Part shown: one piece after another, positions 38,688 through 49,559 of the stretch
Layout of the letters: each line of letters opens with the position of its first letter
How positions within the stretch are numbered: the first letter of the stretch is position 1
Assembly: GCA_963707655.1 (NCBI GenBank)
Contig: OY970172.1
Location: forward strand, 704,001 to 768,000
Source of the DNA: an uncultured bacterium
GTDB lineage: Bacteria > Babelota > Babeliae > Babelales > Vermiphilaceae
Direction: 5' to 3'
DNA length: 64,000 nt
Notes under the pieces: model-generated
Told to the model about the DNA's origin: nothing
Databases searched by the model: none
Seen by the model: the letters and a program-made list of their open reading frames with translations, nothing else
Program-made: the position numbers and the translations under genes

Positions 38688-40941
38688 ATGAAAAAATTAT
38701 TAATTGTAGAGTCACCCGCCAAAATTAAAACGATTACCAAGTTCTTGGGAAAAGATTTCAAGATCATGTCCACTATGGGCCATGTCAAGGATCTTCCTAC
38801 CAAAGAGCTGGGGGTGACCATTAATAAATCTATAAATATTGATTATGTTCCCATTAAGAACAAAGAGAAAACTATTGCGGAAATCTGCAAAGCTGCTTCA
38901 ACTTCTGATGAAATCTATTTAGCGCCCGATCCTGACCGTGAGGGTGAAATTATTGCCTGGCACATTGAGCAGGAAATACAAAAAGTCGTTAAAAATAAGG
39001 CAAAAATTCATCGCATCACCTTTAACGAAATTACCAAACCGGCCATGCTTGAAGCAATTGATCACCCGGGAGATGTTGATCTTGATAAAGTTGCCGCTCA
39101 ACAAGCACGCCGCGTGCTTGATCGCTGGGTGGGCTATGAAGTATCCCCTATTTTATGGAAAAAATTAGCTCCGGGCCTTTCTGCCGGGCGCGTGCAATCT
39201 GTTGCTCTCCGCCTGATTGCCGATCGTGAAGAAGCTATTCGCGCCTTTAAGCCAGAAGAATATTGGACCGTTGTCGGCCAATTTTTACATGGTAAAGATT
39301 CTATTGAAGCAGAACTGACTGAAATAGGCAAAAATAAAGCTGAAATCAAAAATCAACAGCAAGCTGATGAGCTGGTTGAAAACATCCAAAAAGAAAGCTA
39401 TGTTATTGATTCGATTATTGATAAAGCAACGCACCAAAAATCCACTGCCTCCATTTATGACCAGTACTTTGCAGCAGGCAGCATTTAATCGCTTGGGCTT
39501 CAGTGTTAAAAAAACCATGCAAGTTGCCCAACAATTATATGAAGGTATGCCGCTAGAAGACGAAGCACTCCCGTTGCGTTAATTACCTATATGCGTACCG
39601 ATTCGTTCCGCCTTTCTGATACGGCGTTAAAACAAGCGCGCGATTTTATTGGCAAAAATTTTGATAAAGAATATTTGCCCAAAGAGCACAACGTTTATGA
39701 AAAAGCAAAAGGAAAAGGCAAAGCAGCTGCAGCGCAAGATGCTCACGAAGCGGTGCGTCCGATTAATGTGAACATCACTCCTGAGAAAGCACATAAATAT
39801 CTACCCAAAGATGTTGCAAAGCTTTATGAACTTATTTGGAAGCGCTTTGTTGCCTGCCAAATGAAGCCAGCATTATATGCACAGCGCCAAGTGGTTATTA
39901 AAGGGGGAGAATTTACCTTTAAAGTCACCGGTTCAACCCTCATATTTGATGGATTCTTGAAAGTGTACGCCGCGGACGAAGATGAAAAAGAAGACAAAGA
40001 ATTATTCCTCAAGGGCTTAAAGCTAAAGAAAAAGTTAATCTTAAAAAAGTGATGCCAAAGCAGCATTTTACTCAACCGCCACCACGATATACTGAAGCTT
40101 CATTGGTCAAAGAGATGGAAAAAGAGGGCATTGGCCGACCAAGTACCTATGCCACTATCATGAACACTATTCAGGCGCGCCACTATACCGCTCTTGATAC
40201 AAAAAAAGATTTACTCCGACTGAACTGGGAATGACGGTAACCAAAATTTTGGTTGAAAATTTACCAAAGATTATGGATCTCAAGTTCACGGCACATATGG
40301 AAGAAGATCTTGATAAAATTGCTCAAGGTGATCTTGATCGAGATACGTTATTGCGCGGGTTTTATGAAGCGTTCCAGCAAGATGTAAAAGAATTCAAAGG
40401 CAAAGATGGTAAAAAAGTTGCCGAACCGACCGACATTACCTGTCCAGAATGTGAAAAACCCAATCTGGTGATTCGATTTGGAAAAGCAGGAGAATTTTTG
40501 GGTTGCCCAGATTATCCTGATTGCGCGTTTACTACCAATTTTAAACGTGATGAAAAAGGGGATATTGAAATTGTAAAAACTGAGGGCCCTAAACTGCTCG
40601 ATGAAAAATGTCCAAAATGCGGCAAACATCTGCGCCAGGTTATTGGTAAGTTTGGTCCCTTCGTTGCCTGTTCAGGGTATCCTGACTGCAAATATATTAA
40701 GCAAAAAAAGGCGGAAGTTCCCTGCTTATCATGTGGCGGCTCATTGGTTGAACGTCGTTGGCGCGGCGGTACTTTCTGGGGATGTTCAAACTATCCAAAA
40801 TGTAAGTTCGCCGTATTTGGTGATATTGAAGAAACCCCATGTCCGCAGTGTTCGCGCGCTTACATGGCAAAGAAAGTTGATAAACAAGGAAACGCAACCC
40901 TGCTTTGCACCGATAAAAAATGTGGGTACAAAAGTAGTTAA
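38688..40941 (+). CDS. topA: DNA topoisomerase I with C-terminal Zn ribbons (at least 4 frameshifts in this sequence)
   Basis: [51 protein letters not shown] and C4 Zn-ribbon repeats spread over consecutive frames. Confidence 0.93.
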
Positions 40942-40975
40942 AAATAAATAACAAAAAAGAAAAAAAGGAGAAGAA

Positions 40976-41434
40976 ATGAAGAAGCTGCTCGTATTAATTC
41001 TTGGACTCTGCGCAACGCATGCTATGCAACAAAACCAAAAGCCATCTGCCGATGTTATGGCTTTACTTAATCAACATCAGCAGGAACTAAATGCGCTTAT
41101 TAGATTGGCGCGCCAAGATCAAAATCAACAGATAAAAAATGCTGCCAATCAGGTTGTGCACATTCAAAATCAACTTAACCAGATGCAGCATAGCGCAGCC
41201 GGCACCGCTTCACAAGGGGACCAACCACCTGCTGCGGTAAAAAAACTTGTTGAACAGCATCAACAAGCGATACAAAACCTTATTAAACAGGCTCAAGGGG
41301 CCGGATCTGCTCAAGTCAAACAAGCCGCACAAAAACTTGAAGCAACACAAAATAATATACGCAACAAGATGGAAAATTCATCGCAATCAAACGCCAATAT
41401 TCGCCAACGCAAATTAGCAACTAGAATTCAATAA
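40976..41434 (+). CDS. Secreted Gln-rich helical protein with internal duplication
   Basis: Signal ending THA-MQQ; two related segments LLNQHQQELNALI..A / LVEQHQQAIQNLI..A. Confidence 0.75.
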   Translation: MKKLLVLILGLCATHAMQQNQKPSADVMALLNQHQQELNALIRLARQDQNQQIKNAANQVVHIQNQLNQMQHSAAGTASQGDQPPAAVKKLVEQHQQAIQNLIKQAQGAGSAQVKQAAQKLEATQNNIRNKMENSSQSNANIRQRKLATRIQ

Positions 41435-41436
41435 TT

Positions 41437-41484
41437 AAAAAAAAGATAGCGGAGCATCTCTATAATGCCCCGCTATCTTTTTTT
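41437..41484. terminator. Bidirectional intrinsic terminator between convergent genes
   Basis: aaaaaaaagatagcgg...ccgctatcttttttt. Confidence 0.85.
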
Positions 41485-41504
41485 GTGTCTTTTTTATCGC
41501 GCTG

Positions 41505-42230
41505 CTATTTTTTTGCCGCTGGTGCTGGCGCGCTGCTGGTCGCGGCAGTCTTTTTCTTCTTTGTGCCAAAGCAACCCTTAACATCTTGCTCTACCTCTTC
41601 CACACCAATCTTAAGTCTAGCCGCCAAATCTGCTTCAAGTTCTCCTATCCTGGCTTCATATTCTTCTGCTTGTGCTGCTGCTTTCTTTCGCGCTGCAGAT
41701 AACTTTGTTTTCAGCGCAGCAATTTGTGGTGCGAACTTTGCTTCCAACGCAGCTAAATCCGCTTTCGCTGTTTCAAAATCAGTCTCTAATGTTATTACTT
41801 GTGGCGCAAGTAGTGCCGCTAAAGACAAAACCCCTTCAACCGCCGCACCGATCGCATCAACGCCGGTTTCAACTGCCGCAACTTGTGGCACGTACGTGCC
41901 TACTGTACCGGCAAAGGCATTAAATGTTGTTAATGCTGAGGCAAGATCATTCTTGTAACCATTTATCTGCGTTGCTATAGCGGCCGCTTTAGCTTCCGAT
42001 GTAGCAGCGCTGCTGCCCGGAATTGCTGGAATGGTTACGCCGGTCAGTGCCGAGCTTACTTTTGCAGTTTCTGAAGAGACGGCCGCAGCCGCTGCTTCTA
42101 CCCCTACCGCCGAGCGTGTAGTCTTTCTTCCATTACTGGCAATCTTCAGAGCCGATGATGATTTTTCTGAACCCATGCTTGAAGCTGCAAAACATATAAG
42201 AGAAACTATACATAGATAATGCATTTTCAT
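41505..42230 (-). CDS. Secreted Ala-rich coiled-coil hypothetical protein
   Basis: RBS AAGGAG, signal peptide, Ala/Lys/Glu-rich helical sequence. Confidence 0.75.
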   Translation of the reverse strand: MKMHYLCIVSLICFAASSMGSEKSSSALKIASNGRKTTRSAVGVEAAAAAVSSETAKVSSALTGVTIPAIPGSSAATSEAKAAAIATQINGYKNDLASALTTFNAFAGTVGTYVPQVAAVETGVDAIGAAVEGVLSLAALLAPQVITLETDFETAKADLAALEAKFAPQIAALKTKLSAARKKAAAQAEEYEARIGELEADLAARLKIGVEEVEQDVKGCFGTKKKKTAATSSAPAPAAKK

Positions 42231-42363
42231 AGAGAAACTCCTTAAAAAAGAGGATACCGCTACAACGACACACCATGTATACCATTAACAGTCTTCATTT
42301 TTCTACAAAATGCAATTTTCAGGCAAAAAGCTTATTAAGCTCATGCTATCGAGCATGCGTTTT

Positions 42364-42416
42364 GAAGTTTTATAGATTCAAGAATTGGCTGTATGCATGC
42401 TGAGAAATTGTTGAAG
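42364..42416. repeat. 53-bp direct repeat, copy 1 (copy 2 at 48491-48543)
   Basis: gaagttttatagattcaagaattggctgtatgcatgc[t/c]gagaaattg[t/a]tgaag; 2 mismatches. Confidence 0.92.
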
Positions 42417-42486
42417 AAAAAACATTTTTAGTTTTCTTCATAATTTGAATTTTTTTAGATTGTACAGCGCATGATATTAAAAATAA

Positions 42487-42509
42487 ACGGGCTCGATGTT
42501 CGAGCCCGT
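42487..42509 (-). terminator. Probable terminator
   Basis: acgggctcga-tgt-tcgagcccgt stem, followed by TTATTTTT on - strand. Confidence 0.7.
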
Positions 42510-42531
42510 CCAACAAAAATGTATTCAAAAA

Positions 42532-43191
42532 TTAACTAATAACGCATGAACTCCGTGGAACGAGCAAACTATCTTCATCTTCTCGACCATTTTCAACAGC
42601 ATGAGCCATTTGTTGTATACGCTGCTCAAGCGCAACAAACTCTCCTAAATCTGTAGCGTTGTTGTGTGCAAGATTGATCCTATACACATCGCCTTCCTTT
42701 AAAGCTTGGACAAGAGCTGAACGGTTCTGTGCAATGTGTGACAGCTCTTGACTTCTTATAGGGCGCAAAAAATCATATAAACGAAGCATTTGAAATTGAC
42801 TCTTATCTATCTCGCTTAAATTGTTGCGTAAATATTGCAGCCTTTCAAATCGTGACAAGCCCCATAGTTTTATCTGTACTGCCATTTGCTCATCACCATC
42901 AGCCATCCAACGCGCTATACTATTTATCCGAATTAATGTGTTATGCGCCTCTTCTAGCGAGGTTTCATATATTTGAGATGAGTCTCTATAATCATTATAA
43001 GCAAGACTCTTCTTCGTTAGCACTTCTTTTGCTTGCAATTTTCCCGCCATGAAAGCTTCTATTAATGAAATCAAGTTTCTCATGCCCGAATCTTCGACAG
43101 CATTCTGCTGAATTGCAGTTTTAGAACCGGTATCACTCATCCCATAAGCAGACAAACTCAATAGCAAGCTACACAATAAGATACTTTTCAT
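42532..43191 (-). CDS. Secreted hypothetical protein
   Basis: Signal ending AYG-MSD; C-terminus SSCVIS. Confidence 0.72.
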   Translation of the reverse strand: MKSILLCSLLLSLSAYGMSDTGSKTAIQQNAVEDSGMRNLISLIEAFMAGKLQAKEVLTKKSLAYNDYRDSSQIYETSLEEAHNTLIRINSIARWMADGDEQMAVQIKLWGLSRFERLQYLRNNLSEIDKSQFQMLRLYDFLRPIRSQELSHIAQNRSALVQALKEGDVYRINLAHNNATDLGEFVALEQRIQQMAHAVENGREDEDSLLVPRSSCVIS

Positions 43192-43550
43192 TTTTTTCTT
43201 CCTACAGTGAAATATGGTGACAAAAATTATGACATACGCCCTATATTATACATTTATACGATCTTTACGCAAAATGCTTTGAGCAAAATACATAGCTGCT
43301 AGTGCGCATAATGGTCAATTCTTTGAGACTTAAAAGACCAAGCTTACTTTTGATGGATATAGTGCAACAACATTTTTCAGAATCCTTTATTTTTCTCTTA
43401 GCTTCCTTCTATAATCATAATGCAAAGGGTTATATAACGATCAATGCAAAAAAAGAAGCTTTGAAACAGTTCAGCCCGCATCATTTATGCATATTGATGA
43501 AGTGAATATTCTGTCATAACCTTTATGAGTATTACCCCTACAATCATGAA

Positions 43551-44162
43551 CTAAAATGCATAACCCAAGCTTGCGCCAAATGCAAATCCACCTATTTGCA
43601 TCCTGCCATTGCTGAATACATTTGCCATCTTTGGACAGACTCTTTTCTTTTCATACGAATATTCGCCGAAAATGCCGAGTGAGAAACAATCGGCGAGCAA
43701 CACATTAAAACCGGTATTGGCAAATAAGCCGATACCACTGCCTTTGATTACGCAGTCAACATACGGTGAATTGTTGTGTTGATGAAAGTGGAAGTAGCGT
43801 GGCCCTATTGCAAAGAAATAGTAAAAGCGTTCACAGAAATTTACTATGGGCCTTAAACCAATATCAACCGGTACTACAGCCAAGCTTGTTTTTTCGCAGG
43901 AGTTCAATGCATGGCCCCGTGCGTGGCGATAGCCGATGCTGCCATAAAGATCAAGATAATCACATAAAGGGAGCGATACACTCCCTTGAATTTCAAAGCC
44001 ACCATGATTGTAGATGTTCTTAAGCGGAGATGCAGAAAAGAAAAAGTAGCTTGGCTTTATTTCGAGCAACGGTGTCACATCGGACGCATACTGTGTCAAT
44101 GCGCACAGCAGCAGAGAAAGTCGGGCGATTTTTTTATACATACTCATATCCTTTATTTTCAC
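43551..44162 (-). CDS. Small outer-membrane beta-barrel protein (OmpA/OmpW-like, about 8 strands)
   Basis: Signal peptide, alternating aromatic/Gly strands, C-terminal beta-signal ASLGYAF. Confidence 0.78.
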   Translation of the reverse strand: MKIKDMSMYKKIARLSLLLCALTQYASDVTPLLEIKPSYFFFSASPLKNIYNHGGFEIQGSVSLPLCDYLDLYGSIGYRHARGHALNSCEKTSLAVVPVDIGLRPIVNFCERFYYFFAIGPRYFHFHQHNNSPYVDCVIKGSGIGLFANTGFNVLLADCFSLGIFGEYSYEKKRVCPKMANVFSNGRMQIGGFAFGASLGYAF

Positions 44163-46693
44163 GGAACGGTGACGGTAACCGGTGCACTCATATTGCCATT
44201 GGCATCAAACGCAACTAACGAATATACTACCACAACGCCCGGTACCTGATTATGATCTTGGTACACGGACGTAGCGGCGCTTACCGTAGCGATTTGTAAG
44301 CCATCACGATACATAAGATAACCGGTCACTCCGGCTGATGAACTCGATGTCCATGTCAGCTGATTATAGAGTTCATATTCAAATCCAAAATTATTTTTCT
44401 TTTGCATACCCTGAAGATTTGATGGGGGTAAAATAGTTGGTGCAAAACCCAAGAAATCAAATTGCACAAACGTAGGGTTGCCGATCGGTAGATAAGAGAG
44501 CGAATAATTCGGAGTTGTTCCCGTAAAGGTTACGGAATCAAAGGTGCCGGTAATGGCAGAGGAAGTGAGAATGGTGTATGTTCCCGGAATGGCACTTGGA
44601 TCTAGGTCGATTTCCAAGGTGCCTGCTAAGGATGCAGGTCCGGTAACAGCGACTAAAGATGTGCCGCCGGAATCGATTTCGATATGGACAAGGCTTCCGA
44701 GGGTGCCCGTAACTGGATCTGCTGAATTGAGGGTCAAACTGCCAAGAGTGAGTGTTCCTCCCGCTATCTGGAGAGATCGTTCCGGAATTGACAAAGACAT
44801 TTCCGGTCAATGTCCCGGTCCCGCTCAACGTACCTCTTTGCGCGCTAAAGCCAATGTTTCTACAGACAAAAATCGATGCTGAATCGATTGATCCATTCAC
44901 TTTGAAATTCGCATTGTTGATCGTAATGTTCCCTTGATAATCAGTTGTTCCATTGTAAACAACAGTTCCATTTCCTTTGACAAAGACATTTGTTCCTCCT
45001 GCGCCGAAACTGGTGTCATCAATAAACGCGACTTGGTCTCCGAGTGTCAAAAGATCATTAGCATCGTTCGCCATGAATGTGAGAGAAGAACCTGCGCGCA
45101 GGAAAATACTATTTCCCAATGCTGATCCATCGGAGCCATCTGAACCACCACCGGAGACCGCCAGTTCCATGAGTTCCTGCTTGTGTTGTATTATTTGACT
45201 GTATTGAACGTGGTTGGAATCCCCGGAGAGTGCTTGTAGGGTGAAATTCAAACCGCTATCCACAAAGATAGCGCCTCCCAGACCGCTTCCGCCGCCACCA
45301 CCTCCGCCGCCAAAGCCTGATCCAACGGTAGCTGGCCCCAACTCCTCCAGATCCTCCACCCAGATTTCCTATATCAGTTCCACCTGAGGCAGTGGAGCCA
45401 TTAGAGGGTCCACCGCCTGCACCGCCACCGCCGCCAAGAGAATTACCACCTTCTGCAGGCGTAATACCAGATTGGTTGACTCCTCCGCCACCGCCCCCTC
45501 CGCCAACTCCTCCCGATCCACCTTGTACCGTATAAGCATATATCAGAAGCACCCGGTGCCAGCGCCACCGCCACCGCCCCCGCCATAGCCACCACTCCCA
45601 GCTTGTCCGTCAAATTCATTGCTAGAACCAGTTATGACGACTCCGCCGCCTCCGCCTCCTCCCCCATCTCCTCCATTGCCTCCGGAAGGCATAATGCACT
45701 ACCTCCTGGTGGTATAGATGCCTTGAGGCTGAGATCCATTCGATCCGGCGCTTCCACCACCGCCGCCGCCCGCATTACCGCCTCCGCTATCATCTCCACC
45801 GCCGCCGCCGCCCGCATTATTTCCTCCACTATTACCTCCTCCACCAGAACCAGCGGTAATTGAGAGACCATAACCATTTCCATCCTGTCCGCCATCTTGA
45901 TCCGAGCCTCCATTCCCCAGATTCGTGAGCGTTCCTATAGTGGCGCGAGATCCTAGGCCTCCGCCTCCGCCACCGCCGCCTCCACCGACTGTCGTCTGTC
46001 GAAAGAGTGACATCTCCACCATCTCCACCAAAACCCCTCCTCCAGCGCCTCCGGTGCTTCCGGTGGTTGTAATAGAACCTCCATTTCCGCTAAAGCCGCC
46101 GCCACCGCCACCCCCTCATTGCCTGTAAAGAGACCTAAATAACTTCCTCCATTTCCACCAACAGCAGAGCAATCGTTGATCGATACATTCATCAAGGTAA
46201 TTGAAGGATTTGAACCATTTAAAAAGGATTGAGGTGCGTAAATGGCCCCTCCGGCACCCATGCCACCGCCGCCGCCTGAAATTCCGTCTCCGCCATTGCC
46301 TCCTTTTGCGGTCAGGTTTTGAAAGATCATGTTTTGGATCGTCACATTCCCCATTGGGATAAAAAATCCGCTGTAAGCGCCGCTGTTACCGTCAATAGTG
46401 ACGGTAGGAGTAGAGCCTGGGTTGCCAATGGTGATATTCACAGGATTTGAGGAATTGTTAATAATCGGCAGAATTCCATTGAGTTGAATAGTCATCGGAG
46501 AGGCAAAAACAATCGCATAATCATCGGGTGTTGTGTTTAAACCTTGATTCATTGTATTCAAGCAATATCTCAGATCACCCACCTCTCCAATGCCACCCGG
46601 ATTATTATCTGAGCTTATTGTTACATTGAGCGTTGTTAAGGCACACAAAGAATGTGAAGTGAAAAGAAAAATCAAATATTTGAATTTGAACAT
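44159..46693 (-). CDS. Glycine-rich surface protein with autotransporter-passenger-like strands and a C-terminal FN3-like domain (multiple frameshifts in G/C runs)
   Basis: Signal peptide, GDLRYCL, GGNGG/GGAI repeats, GTLSGTGTL.G.V...SGTISP passenger motif, terminal PPSNL...LTW...VTGY.MYRDG...Y.D...YSLVAFD.NGN.S. Confidence 0.75.
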
Positions 46694-46767
46694 GAGAAAC
46701 ACCTTTAATTATTTTTTAGCGTCAGGCAACTATCTTTTTAGCATCATAGTGTGTAAGAAAAAATTAT

Positions 46768-47642
46768 TCAATGCTTAAAATTTGGAAGAGAGGAAAATTC
46801 GTTTTTTTGAGGAATGTAGTTAGGTCTCATAGCGAATGCAATCGTTGCATAGCGAATTTTGCCACTTTGTGCGACAATGTGAGGAGTTGGGTAGATGGAA
46901 AATTCTGTGAGAAGCGCTCCGGGAATGAGTAAGATAGAATTTTGATCCTAACCGCGAGAAAACTTTCTGAGAGGAGAAGAAAAATCATCGACGGTGAATG
47001 ATGATTTATACGGAGAAAGAAGAAGTGATTCGTTGTCTGTGCTATCAAGAAACAGAGAAAACGCAGTTCCATCGTAATGAGGCCTTGATGGCACTGTAAG
47101 AGGGAAGATATTTGATTACCTTGAAAAGAATAGGGGGCTGTCCGTATTGAGAAGAAAAAATCGTTTCCAAACCTAACTCAGCTGCCGCCTCATCAAATAG
47201 ATCTCCGTATGGCTTTTGAATCTCAGAACAAGCTTCAAAAAAACGGATGATTTCAGGAACTGCGTTTAAATTCTGGGTAGTGAGAGCAAATAAATTCATG
47301 GAAATGGGTCGAATAATAGAAGGAGATCTGGCTTCTTCCTTCTCTTTCTGATTCGTCGTAGAAACCAAAAAAATCAGTGGAGTAGTAATTTCTATCTTTT
47401 GAGCGAATAAAACGTTCTTTTGCGCTATATAATTTTTGTGCCCAAACGGGATTTGTTTGAAGAAATTCGATGAGCTCATCAAAATATGCATAGAGAGAAT
47501 CAAACGTTGCCGTTCCATGATTCTTATCGCAAATTTCGACATACCCTGCTTGCTTGAATTGCTCTGCCAGAGGCATTGCACAAAGAGATTGAAATGCAAA
47601 CAGGAGAAAAATATAGAGGAACAAAGTCTTTCGAATAATCAT
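46768..47642 (-). pseudogene. 2OG-Fe(II) oxygenase-like gene, disrupted (frameshifts plus in-frame TAG at 46948-46950)
   Basis: Manual frame-joining gives ...LFKVIKY...PHYDGTAFSL...LLIPG...PTPHIV...RYATIAF (HxD...H...R triad). Confidence 0.65.
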
Positions 47643-47739
47643 GAAGGAATCGTATAATTTATTCTTCGAGGTTGTCAATTAATGCACATATTTTATGAAA
47701 ATTAAGTTGGCGCGTGAATGAAGACAACTAGCAGGAAGG

Positions 47740-48387
47740 TTATGCCATCCGGGCGAGCACCTCGTCGGTAGATAGTACCGCGTGAGCCAGATAGCGGTAG
47801 TTGATCAACGCCGCCTCGTAGCCATCGCCCCATTCCGGATGGCGAGGCCCGGCGATCGCATCCTTTACAACGGCAACTTCAAAACCTTGCTCAAGGAATT
47901 CACGCAGATGGGATTCCACGCACATGTTCGCTAACATCCCGGCTAGTATGATCTTACCGATTCCTCTCTTGCGCAGCTGCAGAATCAGGTCATTGGTCTG
48001 TGGACCAAACACCTTGTGTGGGCTAACAACGGTTGTCTTGCCATCTTGTATGTACGGCTTGAAACGATCTAGCCAGTCTGCGCCAGAATTTGAAAACCCC
48101 GTCAGATCGAGCGGTCCGACCCGTGCGAAAGTGTGCGTTTTCAACTCTACCTCTTCGAGCGGGCCATTAATCTTCCAGCCATGATCGGTGGGATAGAAGT
48201 AATGGGGTGAGATGAACAGTTCATAGTCATTCGATTTCGCGGACTTAAAAAGCCGCTCTAGATTCCCGATAATACCGTTCTGAATGACGCTGGCACCAAC
48301 CAAACCCCAACTCGTGCCCTTCTCGCTTAAAAAATCATTTTGTGGATCGATTACAACAACAGCAGTATCACGATTATTGAATTTCAT
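47740..48387 (-). CDS. Isochorismatase-family cysteine hydrolase
   Basis: TAVVVIDPQNDF, PHK, AGMLANMCVESH; visibly more GC-rich than flanks. Confidence 0.9.
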   Translation of the reverse strand: MKFNNRDTAVVVIDPQNDFLSEKGTSWGLVGASVIQNGIIGNLERLFKSAKSNDYELFISPHYFYPTDHGWKINGPLEEVELKTHTFARVGPLDLTGFSNSGADWLDRFKPYIQDGKTTVVSPHKVFGPQTNDLILQLRKRGIGKIILAGMLANMCVESHLREFLEQGFEVAVVKDAIAGPRHPEWGDGYEAALINYRYLAHAVLSTDEVLARMA

Positions 48388-48490
48388 TCTTTGGGCTTCC
48401 CTTTTTTTTACTGATTTTACTGGAGTGTAATACCTCGTTGTCCCTGAGGTCAATATTTTTTTTTAGTGCAAAATAATAACTTCTTTTTTC

Positions 48491-48543
48491 GAAGTTTTAT
48501 AGATTCAAGAATTGGCTGTATGCATGCCGAGAAATTGATGAAG
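48491..48543. repeat. 53-bp direct repeat, copy 2
   Basis: Matches 42364-42416. Confidence 0.92.
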
Positions 48544-48625
48544 GATAAGTGAGTGTTACTGTATCCAGCAGTGGACGACCATTGAGCAGCGAAGAAGAAT
48601 TTTTGCGTTTAAAGCGAACAATTTT

Positions 48626-49345
48626 TTATTTTTGGAAACGTTTTTTTACTTCTGTGATTTGCTCTTTATCACCAAAAACACACGCTAAGAATAATCTCTT
48701 ACTGGTGATGTTTGGTTCTGAATGAACGGCCGCGTTGTCACAATCGCCGACTAAAAAGAAAGCGCCTTCACCTTGTTTTGGGGATACACTCTTGGCAGGA
48801 TCCAGCTGCTTTGCCGCATGGATTCTTCCGGCTTTCTCATTCTCATTGCGCAGACCGTCAAGTACTATTTCCCGCTCTTCACTTGTTGCGGGGAAAAAAA
48901 GTGTGTGCGGGCCTTGGAATGTTGCAACAAATTTTGGAGGATTCTTATCATATGGTTTGTAATATCCACCGTCAATATGCCAGCGTGGTATGGCAAAGGA
49001 ATCATTTGGCTCCGACGCACGTAAAAAAATCATGACAGCTTCTTTGTTAACCATAGTTCCTGCGTATTGCACAATGCTGTTAATTACCATGCATGCTCGA
49101 GCAATATCCTCTTCCTTGGTATTGCCAAGTTCTCGCAAAAAGGGTGCTACATGCGCTTTGATCTCTTTGATTGAGCCATAATACTCAAACTGTGGAGCGT
49201 CTTTTATTTCTAATTGCTCCAGCACAGCTATATCTTCCGTGCTAATCGGTAATGGAACAAACACAAATGGTTGAGAAGCATCGGGAAGTCCGGCAAAGAG
49301 AGAAAAGTAAAAATTGCACAGTAATATAAGGATCATTTTTTTCAT
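48626..49345 (-). CDS. Secreted protein with 2OG-Fe(II) oxygenase-like motifs (DUF1826-like)
   Basis: Signal peptide; PRWHIDG, GPHTLF, AVHSEP, KRLFL. Confidence 0.6.
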   Translation of the reverse strand: MKKMILILLCNFYFSLFAGLPDASQPFVFVPLPISTEDIAVLEQLEIKDAPQFEYYGSIKEIKAHVAPFLRELGNTKEEDIARACMVINSIVQYAGTMVNKEAVMIFLRASEPNDSFAIPRWHIDGGYYKPYDKNPPKFVATFQGPHTLFFPATSEEREIVLDGLRNENEKAGRIHAAKQLDPAKSVSPKQGEGAFFLVGDCDNAAVHSEPNITSKRLFLACVFGDKEQITEVKKRFQK

Positions 49346-49559
49346 AAAAAAACTCACTATTCAAAAGATTGATAACACAATTTTTTAGCAAATGCTCTTC
49401 CGCATTGCGATTTTAAATACTTTGCAAATTATGCTCGTCTACTAAAAAATTATCCTAGGGATACCGATGCATGGCTAATTTTAGCGATGATAGAGTGTAC
49501 TCCTCCATTGGAAAATTTGAACGAATAAGGTTTTTTATAGACAAGCCTGAACTGCTGCC

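Noticed and set aside
38688..40941. topA as a true pseudogene, or evidence of an alternative genetic code
   Set aside because: Breaks are frame changes rather than in-frame stops; all catalytic motifs are intact; most genes read normally with code 11 and use TAA, TAG and TGA as stops.
41485..41958. 157-aa + strand ORF
   Set aside because: Antisense shadow of the Ala-rich gene 41505-42230, which has the RBS, signal peptide and terminator.
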